This document shows, one piece after another, positions 50,920 to 64,000 of a DNA stretch of 64,000 nucleotides (positions are counted from its first letter, which is position 1; each line of letters opens with the position of its first letter). This DNA is from the human T2T-CHM13v2.0 reference genome, Homo sapiens, in NCBI RefSeq assembly GCF_009914755.1, contig NC_060926.1; one strand, 5' to 3'. Made by a program: the position numbers and the translations under genes. The notes under the pieces are model-generated. The model did no database searches and was not told the DNA's origin. It saw only the letters and a list, made by a program, of their open reading frames with translations.

Positions 50920-51491
50920 AAATCATGTCACTGTTCTGCTCAGAACCCTGCATGGCTCCCCATTCCCCCCAAAGCACAGGCGAGGGTCCTCACGGTGGCC
51001 CGCAAGCCCCCTCCTCTCCAGTGCCACCTTCCGCAGGCCTCTCCCACCCACACCGGCCACCGCCACTCGGGCCCCCTCTCCGTTTCTGGAACACACCAGG
51101 CTCCCTCCTTGGAGCCAGGCTCTGACTGTTTCTCTGCTCTCATTACCTTCTCACTCCTCTGCCATTTTCAAGTCTTGATTCAGTGTCCCGTGCTCAGCGA
51201 GACCTACCCCAGCTACCCTATTTTAAATGACACCCCCCATCACTGCCGCCTCTCCCCAGCCTCCCAGCCTTGATGCCCCGCGTTCCTATTCGGTCTTTCC
51301 CATAACTCTTACCAGCTTCTGATGGACTCCAGGTTCTGGCCCGGCTGCCATGTCACTGCCACTCCACTTTACAGAGTCCCCATTGGGGCAGGAATGTTTA
51401 TCTGTTTCTCCTCGATCAATGATGGCTGCCAAGCATCTTGAAAAGCCGCTGGCTCACAGTCAGTGCTCAAAAAATACCAGCTGAATGAGTG
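50920..51491 (+). mobile_element. L2 3' end
   Basis: tcatgtcact...ctgctcagaaccctgcatggctcccca...ggggcaggaa...cacagtcagtgctcaaaaaata...tgaatgagtg. Confidence 0.75.
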
Positions 51492-52124
51492 CGGTGTGCT
51501 GTACAGAACTCTGACTTTGGACTTAAAGATGCTGAATCGTGAAATAAAAACTTTTCAAGACGCCGTAGGCATGCACCACCTGTTTTTCCTGCACGTTTTC
51601 AGTGGGCTTTTTTCCACCCGGCTTGAATTATATGCGCGTTCTGGTCATGTAGTACCGCTTTGGCCTTCTCTTTGATAAAGATACAAATGGACATAATACA
51701 TTGAGAGTTTCACTTATAGTGAATAATCACGTGTGCACTGGTTTTGAAACTGTTCTAAGTAGCTTCAATGAATCAAAAATTGGCAGGCCTACTATATCGA
51801 CTTCCAAACACTGTCACTGGACATTGGTGAGAGAGAGAAAAAAATGGCATAGAATTTTTCACTGATAATAAAACAAGATGAAGTTATAGTCATCTGTAAT
51901 ATTGAGGCCGGAAGAAAGGATCAGGAATCCCTTATCCTGTGCACCCACAGGAGTCAAACCCACTTAAGATGATATTTCCAAATGTATTCTTAAATGCATC
52001 GTTTTCATTTCTAATATATCAAGGTAATTTTAAGAAGAGAAAGATAACTAAAAAGCATAAACTCACCCCTTTCCTTTTGCAGAGCTCCAGTCATGCAGAG
52101 GAGAGAAGGAGAATGCATCCATAG

Positions 52125-52637
<513 letters not shown>

Positions 52638-53759
52638 TAATGCTGGTCACCGTATGTGCTTTCTGTTTGCAAGGTGGCACGAGAGGGCCCTTGGGACCTT
52701 TTCATCACTGTCTGATTCTCATATTACGCAACCAAATCTGCTGTCATCACTCTTGGCCGCCGTCGCTGGTAGCGGGTAGGAGTGCTGGTCTCCCAGCCAC
52801 CAGCCTGATCCAGTTCTGAGGTCTCGCCCCACCCTGGCAGCCTGGGCGAGTGTCCTCTCCAGCCAAGGTGGGCCATGCTGCGTGACTCTGCTGGGGACAG
52901 TGCCCACTTCTAGTTTAGGAATCATCTCTGATATTGGTTACTCTTAACTAACCAGACACCTGCCTTGATTTCAGCTTTTAGCAACGTGTTATGATAAACA
53001 CTTCTTCTGTTAATGTCCATCAGCTCTTTCTGGTATGTGGGCTCTATTAATATTCCAGTTGTCACAGCTCATTGTGAGTCTCCTTTCACCTGAGTGCTTC
53101 CTTAGTTTTTATTGCCACTGATGGCTGGATGTCAGCTTCCTGAAGTGGCTCCTTCAAATGAATTCCCTTTTTTTTTTTAATTCATAGATGCAAGTAGAGA
53201 TAGGTAAGCGCATGCGTACACACACACATACACACACACCCCCCACATTATGAGAGGTAAAATTAATGCAGTTGTAACAAAGGAATACTTAAAAGGAAAA
53301 ATTAAAGTTTGAGAACCTTGTTGTTAGAACATGAATTATTACCTGTGAGACCGACAATGGTGAGAGAGTGTGGTTACCTGTGAGACCGACATGGTAAAAG
53401 CGTGTCTTCAGTGAGGGTCTCATGCCCAGGGGCAACATTTATGGCTTCCATCCTTTCTCTTTCTCTATGGCTGCCATGCTTTTTCCAGATACTCTACTTG
53501 ATCGAGGGTTCAAACCTGCGAGCTGTCAGACAGTGGCTACATTAGAGGGAGTGGCCCATCCCGTCCACATATCCAGAGCGGAGCACGCAAACCCACGGTG
53601 CGTGTGTTAGCAGGGAAGGGGCAGAGTGTGGGGTGTGCTGTGTGTTTCCATAACACCGGAGGCAGGGAGCATCATTTCTTTCATCATCAGGAAGCTGAAG
53701 TTCGGAGCTCTGAGTAGCCCGCCAGCCTCCGCAGAAGGGTTAGAAGCCTTTCTCCTTCA

Positions 53760-54149
<390 letters not shown>

Positions 54150-55328
54150 TCATGTTGTGGGGAGTGAGGATAATCCCATTAAGTCAGCGATGGTGGAAAA
54201 TAATGGTTATGGGTCAGAGCAGCCACAGATGCCACTGACCTTCCCACTGAAAACAGTATCAGCCGCAGGCGCTCTGTGTTGGTAAGACTCCTTCAGACAA
54301 CCGTTGGGCAAAAATCACCCTGCCAAGCACGTGCAGCCACCCCTCCCTGATTGGGAAGAAGGTTAGCCTCCCCCAGGGTGGGCAGCCTGTACCCTCCACG
54401 CCCCTAAGGTGCACACACAGGGGCGGGCGCCAGATTCCCTTTAAGGACAGGCCTTGTTCTCACTTTCACAGGCACGCGTCTTCTTGCATTTGTTGTGTGT
54501 TTCCAACCGAGGTCTGTGGTTTTTTCTTATGCACAACCTGGTGGGAACTGACCGTTGCCACTTAGATACACGTTCATTATCCCACCCACGTGTTGACCGC
54601 TGTGTAAATGAGTGAATAAATCAGTAGCGTTTCTGCACATTTGATGGAGCAGCTGGCACCACCCAGTGTTCCATTCAGCACCGGTGAGTTTGAAGGAAGT
54701 TTGACAAGTGACCGTGACCACGTTGGACGCCTGATGTTTCAGGTCCACTTGCTGAGTGAGTGGGATGGTATGTGCGTGCGAGGCAATAGTGGATACCCAG
54801 GCTGAGACACGGGCTCTGTCCAAGCAGCAAATGGGGGCCCCTTTCCTTAAAGGGTCTTACTGCTGAGGTGGTAACACCAGCAGAAAGATTTCAGGCACCA
54901 TGGAAACTCCAATATTAGGAAATCACAGGTGTCTCAAACATGGATGTGTAAGCGGGTGACGTGTGTTTGGAAGTCCAAGGCAGAGGTTCCAAGGGAGCCA
55001 CCTCACTCTCTAATTAGGAGAGTCTGGTCTCTACGTCAGCGGCTATGACATCTTTCCAATAGCAAATAAGTCATAAGTTATTTATAAAAAGAAAATGTAT
55101 CATTTTTCCCTAGGAAAAGTTACTTATCAGACTACAAATGAGTCACTTTTGTGAAAAAGTCTATATTTCATTTTTTCAAAGCCACATTTTCCCCCCAAAT
55201 TGTAACATATCTGAAGTCAGAACATATCATTGTAGATTCAGTGATATATGATATTTTTGATAGTTTTATTTACTGTTAATTCCTTGAAAGTACATTGTGT
55301 AAAACACCCAAATTAAACATTCTGTTCT

Positions 55329-56019
<691 letters not shown>

Positions 56020-56399
56020 TAAAAAACCATTTCTGCCTCTCTTTCCTGCAAGGCTCTGTGACTGGTTACTACTAGTGTATTCTCTATCGCCTGACCAAGT
56101 GCTGAAAAGATGGAATTACAGATATAAAACTTCTATAGAAGATTTGTGTAAAGTAGTTGAATTTTATGGTTTTTAATATACCCTATTGGAACAAATAACT
56201 AGGTTCAAATCTCTTTAGAGTATAAGAAAAATAGAATTCCATTGAAGTAAGCAAATTTATCAGGGTCCTTTGAATCCATTGGTCAGTAGAATCCATTAAA
56301 CTCAGCTGATGAATCTGGAATGGGATGGGGCTCCCCGGCTGGTTCGCCGAGGAGTCTTCCTGGGCCTGTCTGCAGAGATGCGGGGAGAAAGTGGGTTTG

Positions 56400-56640
56400 G
56401 TGTAGAACCCGGGGTGTAACGGGGTGAGGAGAGGGCAACTATTTGGGAAAGCTTCCAGCTAGGAGCTGTGGCCTTCAAGAAAGAGACCTGTCCGGCTGTG
56501 GTGACCGGGAAGGTGAGGGTGTCCTCACTCTTCTCCCTCCCACTGGTCTCCAGTGGCCCCTCCTTGGCCAAATCCAACCAGAGGCCAAAAGCCCTGAGAG
56601 CCCACGATGCCAGTCACACAGTTGGCTCCCAGGACCAAGA
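56400..56640. mobile_element. Old ERVL-type LTR fragment (LTR33/LTR41-like)
   Basis: ggagctgtggcctt...ccttggccaaatccaaccagaggcc...gagccc. Confidence 0.4.
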
Positions 56641-59270
56641 CAAAACCAACAGAAGCCGTAGAGTGTTCGTGCCTTTCACAGCACCTCCTACAAGCCCCTG
56701 AAGCCCGTGCCATGCCACTCTGTTGGTGGTCCACAAACACAGGAAACGAAGCTCTAGAGGGCAGGGGTATGTGCTCCCCTCCATCATCCCCCAGGGTCTG
56801 GCTTTAGCCTGGCCCAGGGAGCCCTCGCGGCTTCCTGAACAGACCTCAGTGCCCTTCCCCAGCTGTGTGCGACAAGGACCCTGCGAGAAGGTCTTCCTAG
56901 ACTCCCAGCTAAGCACAGAGGTTCTCACTCTGGCCGTTTCTTACCTCTGTGGCGCACTTATTCAGAAAGTAAAGGCTAATAGTAGGAATCATCAGTACCT
57001 GCTGCTGCAAACCCAGAAACACTGTGTCTACACGGGGCTGTCAGGGTGACCGATGGAAATTGGGCCGTTCCTGCCCTGGAGTTTCTCCCTGCGCAGGTGC
57101 TCGCTGTGCTCTTTTTGCTGAAGAACAGCCACTTTGTTCTGCACCAGATGGCAGAGGGTGTCAGACCCCAGCCCAGGGAGAGCATTTATTTTCTTAGGTT
57201 TACCATTTAAAATGAATCGGAGGAATCTGGAAAGTTACAGAAGCAGGGACGGTGACTGGAGAATCCCTTATCTTTTTGTGTATATTTTGGGTTCTGAGGA
57301 TTACCAGGAGATGTGTGGATGACAGAGCCCGTCGCTAGGCTCTTATGTCACAGATGGGCTGCTGTGCTGCGTGGTCATTGAGACCAATGGAAGGAAATTG
57401 AGATGTGACTGGGCAGGATGGTGACAGGGCCTGAAGCCTATGCATGGAGGGAACGTGCAGTGACCAGAGAGAAGGGTGGTGATGAGGATGAGGGCCATGA
57501 GGCATGGTGACTGTGACCAGCTGATGGAAGGTTTGCAAAGAAGGGCGTCCCAACTTGTCCTGGATGGCCCAGGTGGTAACCATGGGACCTGATGGGTGGA
57601 AGCCTCAAGGAGGTGGATTTTGATTCTGATATTAAAAGCTCTAGAAAAAGCTCTACGAACCAGGGCCACCTGAGAGGGAGTGACCCCGACCCTGCATGGG
57701 GTCGGCATGGGTTGGACCAGGGCAGAGGAACCTGGGCTCTAGAAGGTGATTGCACCACGGCCCTGGATTCCCAACCAGGTCCAAGTTCAAGGGTATGTGC
57801 CAGGGAAAAGCGCCTGGGCAGTGGGATTTTGCAGATCTTTAATGGCTTGTCAGCTCTTGGCATTGTCTTTGAATTACAGTACTTTCTGGGCATCTTCATA
57901 TCTCGGGTCCAGTAGTGAGGTTGTCATTGCTAAAATGAACGGTCTCTGCAGTCCCATTCTGTGGCCCCGAACCTGGTGGTTCTCGTTAGTTTTATAACAT
58001 TCATGCAAGTTTGCATTAAGTGCTAATTTCCCTGTTTCCCCAGTGAAAAGGCTGAAGTAGAGAGAGGTTAAGTGGCTTTCTTGTCCAGGGTCAGGTTGCT
58101 GGTAGGTGACAGAACTGTCTCTTGATTCTCTGCCTCAAACTCTTTCCACCAGGCAAAAAGCAAGTCTTTGAGGTATGTGGAGCTGCTTTTGAATCTGGGA
58201 GTGGGGCACACTGAATAGCTTCCTTGATATTTCTCAGATTCCATGTAAAGACACTGACTTTTATATGGCTCATAACATCTAGAAGTTGTGTAGCAAAGAT
58301 CTTTCTTTAAAAATGCAGGACCAGACTGGATTTACCCAATCTTATTATACAAGAGGGTATGCAGAAATCCTGGTGTTATCCCCCCCTTGGGTTCACAGCG
58401 CTTTGTTCTGAAGGTCTCAGAAGGGAATTTATTTTATCCTTCTCATCTTGTTCCTTTGGTTGTTCATTCTGGTCTTTATCGCACCATTGTGTGGTTGATC
58501 CTGGATGGATATTGAAAGATTCTCCTGTAGAGGGTAAGTCACAAACGGGCCTCTCACTGTTATGGTAGAAAATGAATTGCTCATCACAGCTGCACTCACT
58601 GAGCAATGAAATGTTGACAAATTTCATTAACTCCAGAGTTGCAGAGGTCACCCAGGACTTAGTTTCCCTTCACTCTTTCAAAGGAGAACCTGAAATTGTA
58701 GATCATTTTATTCTTTCATCAAATATGAAGCAACCACCACAGGGAAAGCACTGTGTGCTTGCCTCCATGGGAGACGTTGAGAAATAAAACTCGGTTCCTC
58801 TCTCTCTCCAAGGAGTTTAGAGCCTGATTATGGAGATAAGACATGCAAGAAACTGTAACGAGGATGTCAGGCAGAATATTCGAGAAAGGCATGGGAATTC
58901 AGAAGAAGCACAAATACACACTGAGTTGTAAAAGTTAGGGAAGGCTAACCTGTTGTAGAGCTTAATTTTTATTGTGCAGATTTAGCACATAATGGTTATC
59001 TTATTTAATAAAACTGCAGAAATCATTACTTTTTCATTAAATGTTGCCTACTTACAACTTTAAACACCAGTGGTGGTGATTTAATTAGTCACAAAATGGA
59101 GTTTTGTTTTTACTTAGATGCTAAGAAACAGATGTTGCTATTGATCAGTTACCTTTTACCTGAGGACTTTTTTTTATTATTATTAATTAGTTGATGTCTT
59201 GGAAGGCACTTTGGAGAGAAATTAAAGAATCGTGCATGCATATCGTACAGTGTTGTTTTTTTTCTTGCAG

Positions 59271-59285
59271 GAAAGCAATACGTGG
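59271..59285 (+). CDS. Candidate 15-nt microexon (GKQYV)
   Basis: tgttgttttttttcttgcag|GAAAGCAATACGTGG|gtgcgt, with TGCATG at 59233 and 59374. Frame-preserving in phase 1. Inferred from splice signals only. Confidence 0.45.
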
Positions 59286-59887
59286 GTGCGTGGAAGCTCT
59301 CAGTTAATCTGTAACCATCCGGTTAGATGGACTATCATGCAGCTTGAGCCATTGCTGGGTAGTTTGGGGATTTTGCATGCCGTGATTGGGAGGGCAGTGT
59401 GCTTGTTTTGTTATTTAGAATATAACAAGGTTGTAAGAGTCTTATTAGCACAAGGCTCTCATCTTTTCTCACTCCTGGGGTGCAATTAGTGTGCACATGA
59501 CGGTGAGCACATGACTGGCAAGGAGTCAGGGCCCAGAAACTGTTACCTTCCAGGTTTATATCCAGTCTACAGGGGCTTTCACATTGAATTCTGTGTTATT
59601 TGGAGGTGGCTGGAGGGGAGATCCAGTTGCACAAGTGTTACTGTCATTCTTCCCTCAGGTTTTCTCCTTTTCTTCTCCATGAACATTCCACCGGCACCTC
59701 CCGTGTCTGCTCCTTGTTTAACATTGGCAGCTACCCAGGAAAGGGAACGAGAAGTCTCCACAATCAGCTCCCTAAAAACTGCATAATCAACAGTAATTTT
59801 TGATACAATAAGGACTTATTAATTAAACTTCCTTATTAGCAAACCACTGGTTAGTGCATCTGAACAGTTGAGTTGAACAGTTCATTA

Positions 59888-60008
59888 TAGCGAATGTGGA
59901 AAACCAAGAATGAGAACATCTTCCTGGGAGATACACTGGAAATGCAGTAGCGAATGTGGAAAACCAAGAATCAGAACATCTTCCTGGGAGATACGCTGGA
60001 AATGCAGT
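59888..60008 (+). repeat. 60-bp tandem duplication (2 mismatches)
   Basis: tagcgaatgtggaaaaccaagaat(g/c)agaacatcttcctgggagatac(a/g)ctggaaatgcag occurs twice. Confidence 0.97.
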
Positions 60009-61750
60009 CACTTCACTCTGCTAAGGATATCAGGAGACTGGCTGGGTTTCATCACCCTTGGGCTGTCAGTGATGGGAGCCACCATGCATCCCGACGGACT
60101 TGCCTCCTCCCCACAAACTAGATGACTTTTCCAAAGACAGTTTGCTCTCAGGTTGTAACTCCAGCTTCCAAGAGAATGAACTTGCTGAAATTGAGTAGAT
60201 CATCTGGGTTTACTCTAGACATTGACATTGTAGATTGGGCACAGTTGACTCAAAAGCCATCCTGCAGGGTACAGTCCGGCCGCCACAAACACACACAAGC
60301 AGTAAGCGCTCTCAGATCCTTTGTGGAAGCCAGCAGGTCGGAAATAAACAAAGATGAGTCGATCACAGCAGGGGCAGCCAGAACGGAAGATTCCCATCGT
60401 GATGAACCGACGCACAGAAGGATGTTTGTAGTGTGGTTTTTGTTTGTTTGTTTGTTTTAATTTTTTTAACCACACACAAACTTAAAGGGGTTAGATTCAG
60501 GTCCAAAAATGTTCATTGAGCACCTACTGCACGCAAGAGTTTTGTCTGATGCTGGATGGGACATCAACTGAAGCGGCCCAGCCATCAGGACACACATAGA
60601 CCAGTGGAGAAAGCAGAAACACGCCGGGGAACTTGGTTATGCAGGAGCACAGGGCACCCCCAGCTGCCTGGAGGACCTCAGGGAGGTTCCCCAAAGGGGA
60701 GTAGACACTCACACACGTTGTATAGACAACGAAATATCTGCTATTCCAAGGAGGAAAAAAGGAAAAAATCTGAAAAGTCAAAACAAACTAAATCTTGTAA
60801 AGAGGTGGCTTGGAGCTCCTGGGGGTACCTAGGCAACTCCTGACGCCACAGACAAGCATTTGAGCTCCTTAGCCTGCTACACAGAAGCATAAACTCACCT
60901 TTGAAAAATGCTGACTACTCACAAGGTCCCTTTCTAAGATACAGAAATGTGACGGACCTCAACTCCTTTTTTTTAGCTAGACTTAGAGATTCTCTTCTGC
61001 GAGTGGGGCTCGGTTAGCACAAGCTGCTCACAGGCTCCGGCGTCCATCAGCAGAGAACTCGGGGCACCGTGTTTTCCTGTGTGCACCCTGGGATTGGAAT
61101 TCGGGCTAGCTTGGGAGACCCTGCATTGGTCGACTTTCATTAGAATCTAGGATCTGTCTTGAAGTCATTTTCTTGATGGTCTCAAAATGTTTGAGCTCTG
61201 AGGCTTTTCGGATGTCATTTAAGTCTCGGTGAAATTATGGTCCACTTGGACCAAGGTCCTGAAGCCAGAAGAGGGGCTGGTTCTAGCGGCCAGTGCTGTT
61301 CAACTTGTGTCTTCCTTACTATTCTAAATCCTCATCTACTCTTTCTACTTTCCTCAGCTGCATGTATTTTACACACAAAGTACAGGGATACAGATTGAAA
61401 TGTTCAGCAGCAAGGTATGAGAGGTCCGCATCTCATGCACGAGGGTGTTTTTCTCGGCCTCTGCAGCCCTCAGATGTTCCCACGCTCTGTTAGACACATG
61501 CGGCCTGGGCTTCAGGAAGTAGAGATGCCCGGGGGTTATATTTTCAGATGTTCTAGCTGAGCTCGCTTTGTCTTTCCTCCCAGGCCTGGCAATAATGAAA
61601 CTAGGCAGTGTTTTATCTCACAGGCAGTGGCGACTTCATTCCTCTTTCTAAAGATGTAAAACAAAAGGGGATATTGACTAATGCAAAACTTAGTCTGTGT
61701 GGAAGCAACTTGGCAAATGGGGAGGATGAAATAAAATTGCACCTACCGTT

Positions 61751-62145
61751 TGTCTTAGCTCAGCCTGCCATATCAAAATGCCACAGACTGGGGGCTTAAC
61801 CAGCAGAAACTCATTTATCATGGTTCTGAAGGCTGCAAAGTCCAAGATCACGGCACCAGCTGATTCTCTTCCTAGGGAGAGCTCTCTTCCTGGCTTGCAG
61901 GTGGCCCTTTTCTTGCTGTGTCCTCATGTGGCCCTTCTGTGGTGTGCACACACACACAGAGAGAGAAGCTCTTCTTTTTCTTATAAGAACACCCCTCCCA
62001 TCATGAAGGCCCAGCCCTCATGGCCTCATCTAACCCTCATCACCTCCCAAAGGCCCAGTCTCCAAATACCAGCACATTGGTGGGGTGAGGAATTAGAGCT
62101 ACAACATGTGAATTTTGGAGGGAGACAAACATTCAGTCTGTAGGA
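61751..62145 (-). mobile_element. Solo MaLR LTR (MLT1A/B-like)
   Basis: ccacagactgggggcttaa...aagtccaagatca...cttcctggcttgcag...acctcccaaaggccc...aacattcagtc. Confidence 0.88.
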
Positions 62146-63031
62146 CCATTCTACTTTCTATTCCTGGCTGTGGGATTAATGTCCCTGTGGCCCCCACCCA
62201 CCCACTCACCCACGCACCATATGCCATTTAAGGATTTCATGGACTGTCTCAGGTCAGAAACTGCTTGGACAGATCACAGCTGTCCTTTCCCCTTCACTCT
62301 TCCCTCCCAAGTCTTGGATTTGTTGTCAGGAGACATCATCCAGTGCAAAGGAAGAACACCATGGATTTACTGCCTGCTTGTGCGCTACCTCATTGCATCC
62401 TTAAAACAACCCTGTGTGGTGTTGGCAGGTGGGTGGTGGCATTTCTGTTGTCACAAATGAGGAAGAGGGTTGAATAAAGTTGAGTAATTTGCCCAAGGCC
62501 AGTAGATGAGTGGCCTCTGGGACTTGGAAGTCTGTATTTTGCTTTGCATTTCATCTGTTAACCTGGAAAAGGCTTCAGGGGGTTGGAGTGGGAGGAGAGC
62601 CTTCTGCAGGCCTCTTACTCTCAATCCTGTGGCTCTCAGAGTTGCTTCTCCCTCTGTGCATGTCCATTTCTGCAGCACAGCAGGGCCATGCCCACGGCTC
62701 CCCACCACTGCCCTTGAGAACTGGGAAGCAGTCATTCCTTTGCTGGTTTTCTCAGGAGGCCTGTTGTGTTGTGGTATGGCTTCCTTGCAAACAAGTGCAT
62801 GCACACTCTGATACGTTTTTAAAAAAAAAAGATGCAAATCACTGCTTCAGCTGCTTTGCAGACAGTTAGAACCTACAGGATTAGATGGGCTCTGTTATAA
62901 GGGGACATCTCTCTTGAAATTTTTTTGGACTTACGGACATTTAATTCAGATGCAGTGAACCCAGTTTTTCTGTTCATTTTAAGATTGATATGCTTTTTCT
63001 TTTTTTGGATGACAGAAGTGTATTTGTGGGG

Positions 63032-63180
63032 TTTTTTTGTTGTTGTTTTTGTTTTTTTTTTTTTGGGATATGATCTCACTGTGTTGTCCGGGCTAGTCTC
63101 AAATCCCTGGTCTCAAGAGATCCTCCCATGTCAGCTTCCTGAGTTGCTGGGATTTACAAGCATGTATCACCACAGCCAGC
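63032..63180 (-). mobile_element. Alu monomer (FLAM-like)
   Basis: T-rich tail followed by a single arm tctcactgtgttg...ggtctcaagagatcctccc...gctgggatttaca. Confidence 0.8.
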
Positions 63181-63224
63181 TAGAGTGCACATTTTTAAGG
63201 GCAGTTTGAGGTTGGAGGGAGGAG

Positions 63225-63420
63225 GGTGGTGATTGATTAAGCCCCCCTGTCGTTCATTTGAATCCTGCATCGCTGATTTAAGTGTTAATCAAATGCCTGT
63301 CTCGCCTGGCTGCGGGGTCCGATCATAGTTACTGACTCGCGCTCATTTTATCAAGATGTATTAATGCTTTGGAGAAGGTGTAGTTGAGATAAACTTTGTG
63401 TGTTTATTTAGTAATCTTTG
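63225..63420. promoter_or_regulatory. Putative enhancer block
   Basis: TGATTGATTAAGCC at 63230, TGATTTAA, TTAATCA and TATTAATG; CpGs retained. Confidence 0.4.
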
Positions 63421-64000
63421 CTAATACCCTCCTGGCTTTCCACTCCACCCCTTTCTCATCTCAGACATACCATAGGCACCAAGGTGTGGAGCCAGTGAAA
63501 GAACAGGCGCAGCGAACGTTCCGGCAGGCATTGCCGTGCACGGACACACAACTTCACAAGGGCCTCTTGTGCACGTGGGACATGGAGAAAATTGGCCATT
63601 TGTCTGTGGGGTAATGGGCTTTGCTGCAATATGAAAATCTATCAAATGGGTAAAATCAATGACATTGTATCAGAGTTCATGAAAAGTGCCTACTGCACAC
63701 AGTTTAATTCTATTTAATTTTTTTAAGTGGAAAAAAGCAAAGGAAAAATGTTTTAGTTTTCTCTTAAGCTGATTTCGCTCTGCTTTTTCTTAAAAGTGCC
63801 TTTCTAGTTGCCACACAGTGATGTGATCATTATCTGCCACCTCGTCGCCTTGCTGCCTCTGCATGCAGTAAAATACAAAAAAAAGAGAGATAGAGAAAGC
63901 AGGGGAGCTTGTGAAGTATGACTCCCTATCCCAAGACTCATTGCCTGCGATTCGTACCGCTTGACAGTAATGATCTTATTACAGTACTGTGGACCTTGAA

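Overview
Primate (almost certainly human) genomic DNA from the middle of AGAP1 (centaurin-gamma-2, 2q37), transcribed on the + strand. Only two coding exons are securely recognisable: a 159-nt symmetric cassette exon (14675-14833, GNVTSASGSQMASGISLVSF...ANSAISS) and a 162-nt exon (52372-52533, DTGLGDSV...RKKHRRKK...GTAE). Both lie in the insert of the split PH domain. The rest is intron, containing about 13 Alu elements or fragments, L1/L2/MIR relics, MER5/MER20/Tigger4a DNA-transposon relics, MST and MLT1 LTRs, a ~31-bp G-rich VNTR, and several repeat-free, homeobox/TCF-motif-rich blocks that look like developmental enhancers. Nearly all ORFs in the supplied track are spurious. Best leads: (i) a set of candidate phase-1 microexons and alternative splice sites around the two exons (24 nt at 14547-14570, 15 nt at 59271-59285, 16/9/6 nt ending at 53203, a +36-nt acceptor, a 102-nt poison exon) with UGC, RBFOX and QKI motifs; (ii) four spaced 90-180 bp direct duplications, one ending in a fold-back and one bracketing an LTR; (iii) putative Wnt/HOX-responsive enhancers. 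All assignments were made by eye without alignment. Repeat subfamilies and boundaries are approximate, and some candidates may already be catalogued.
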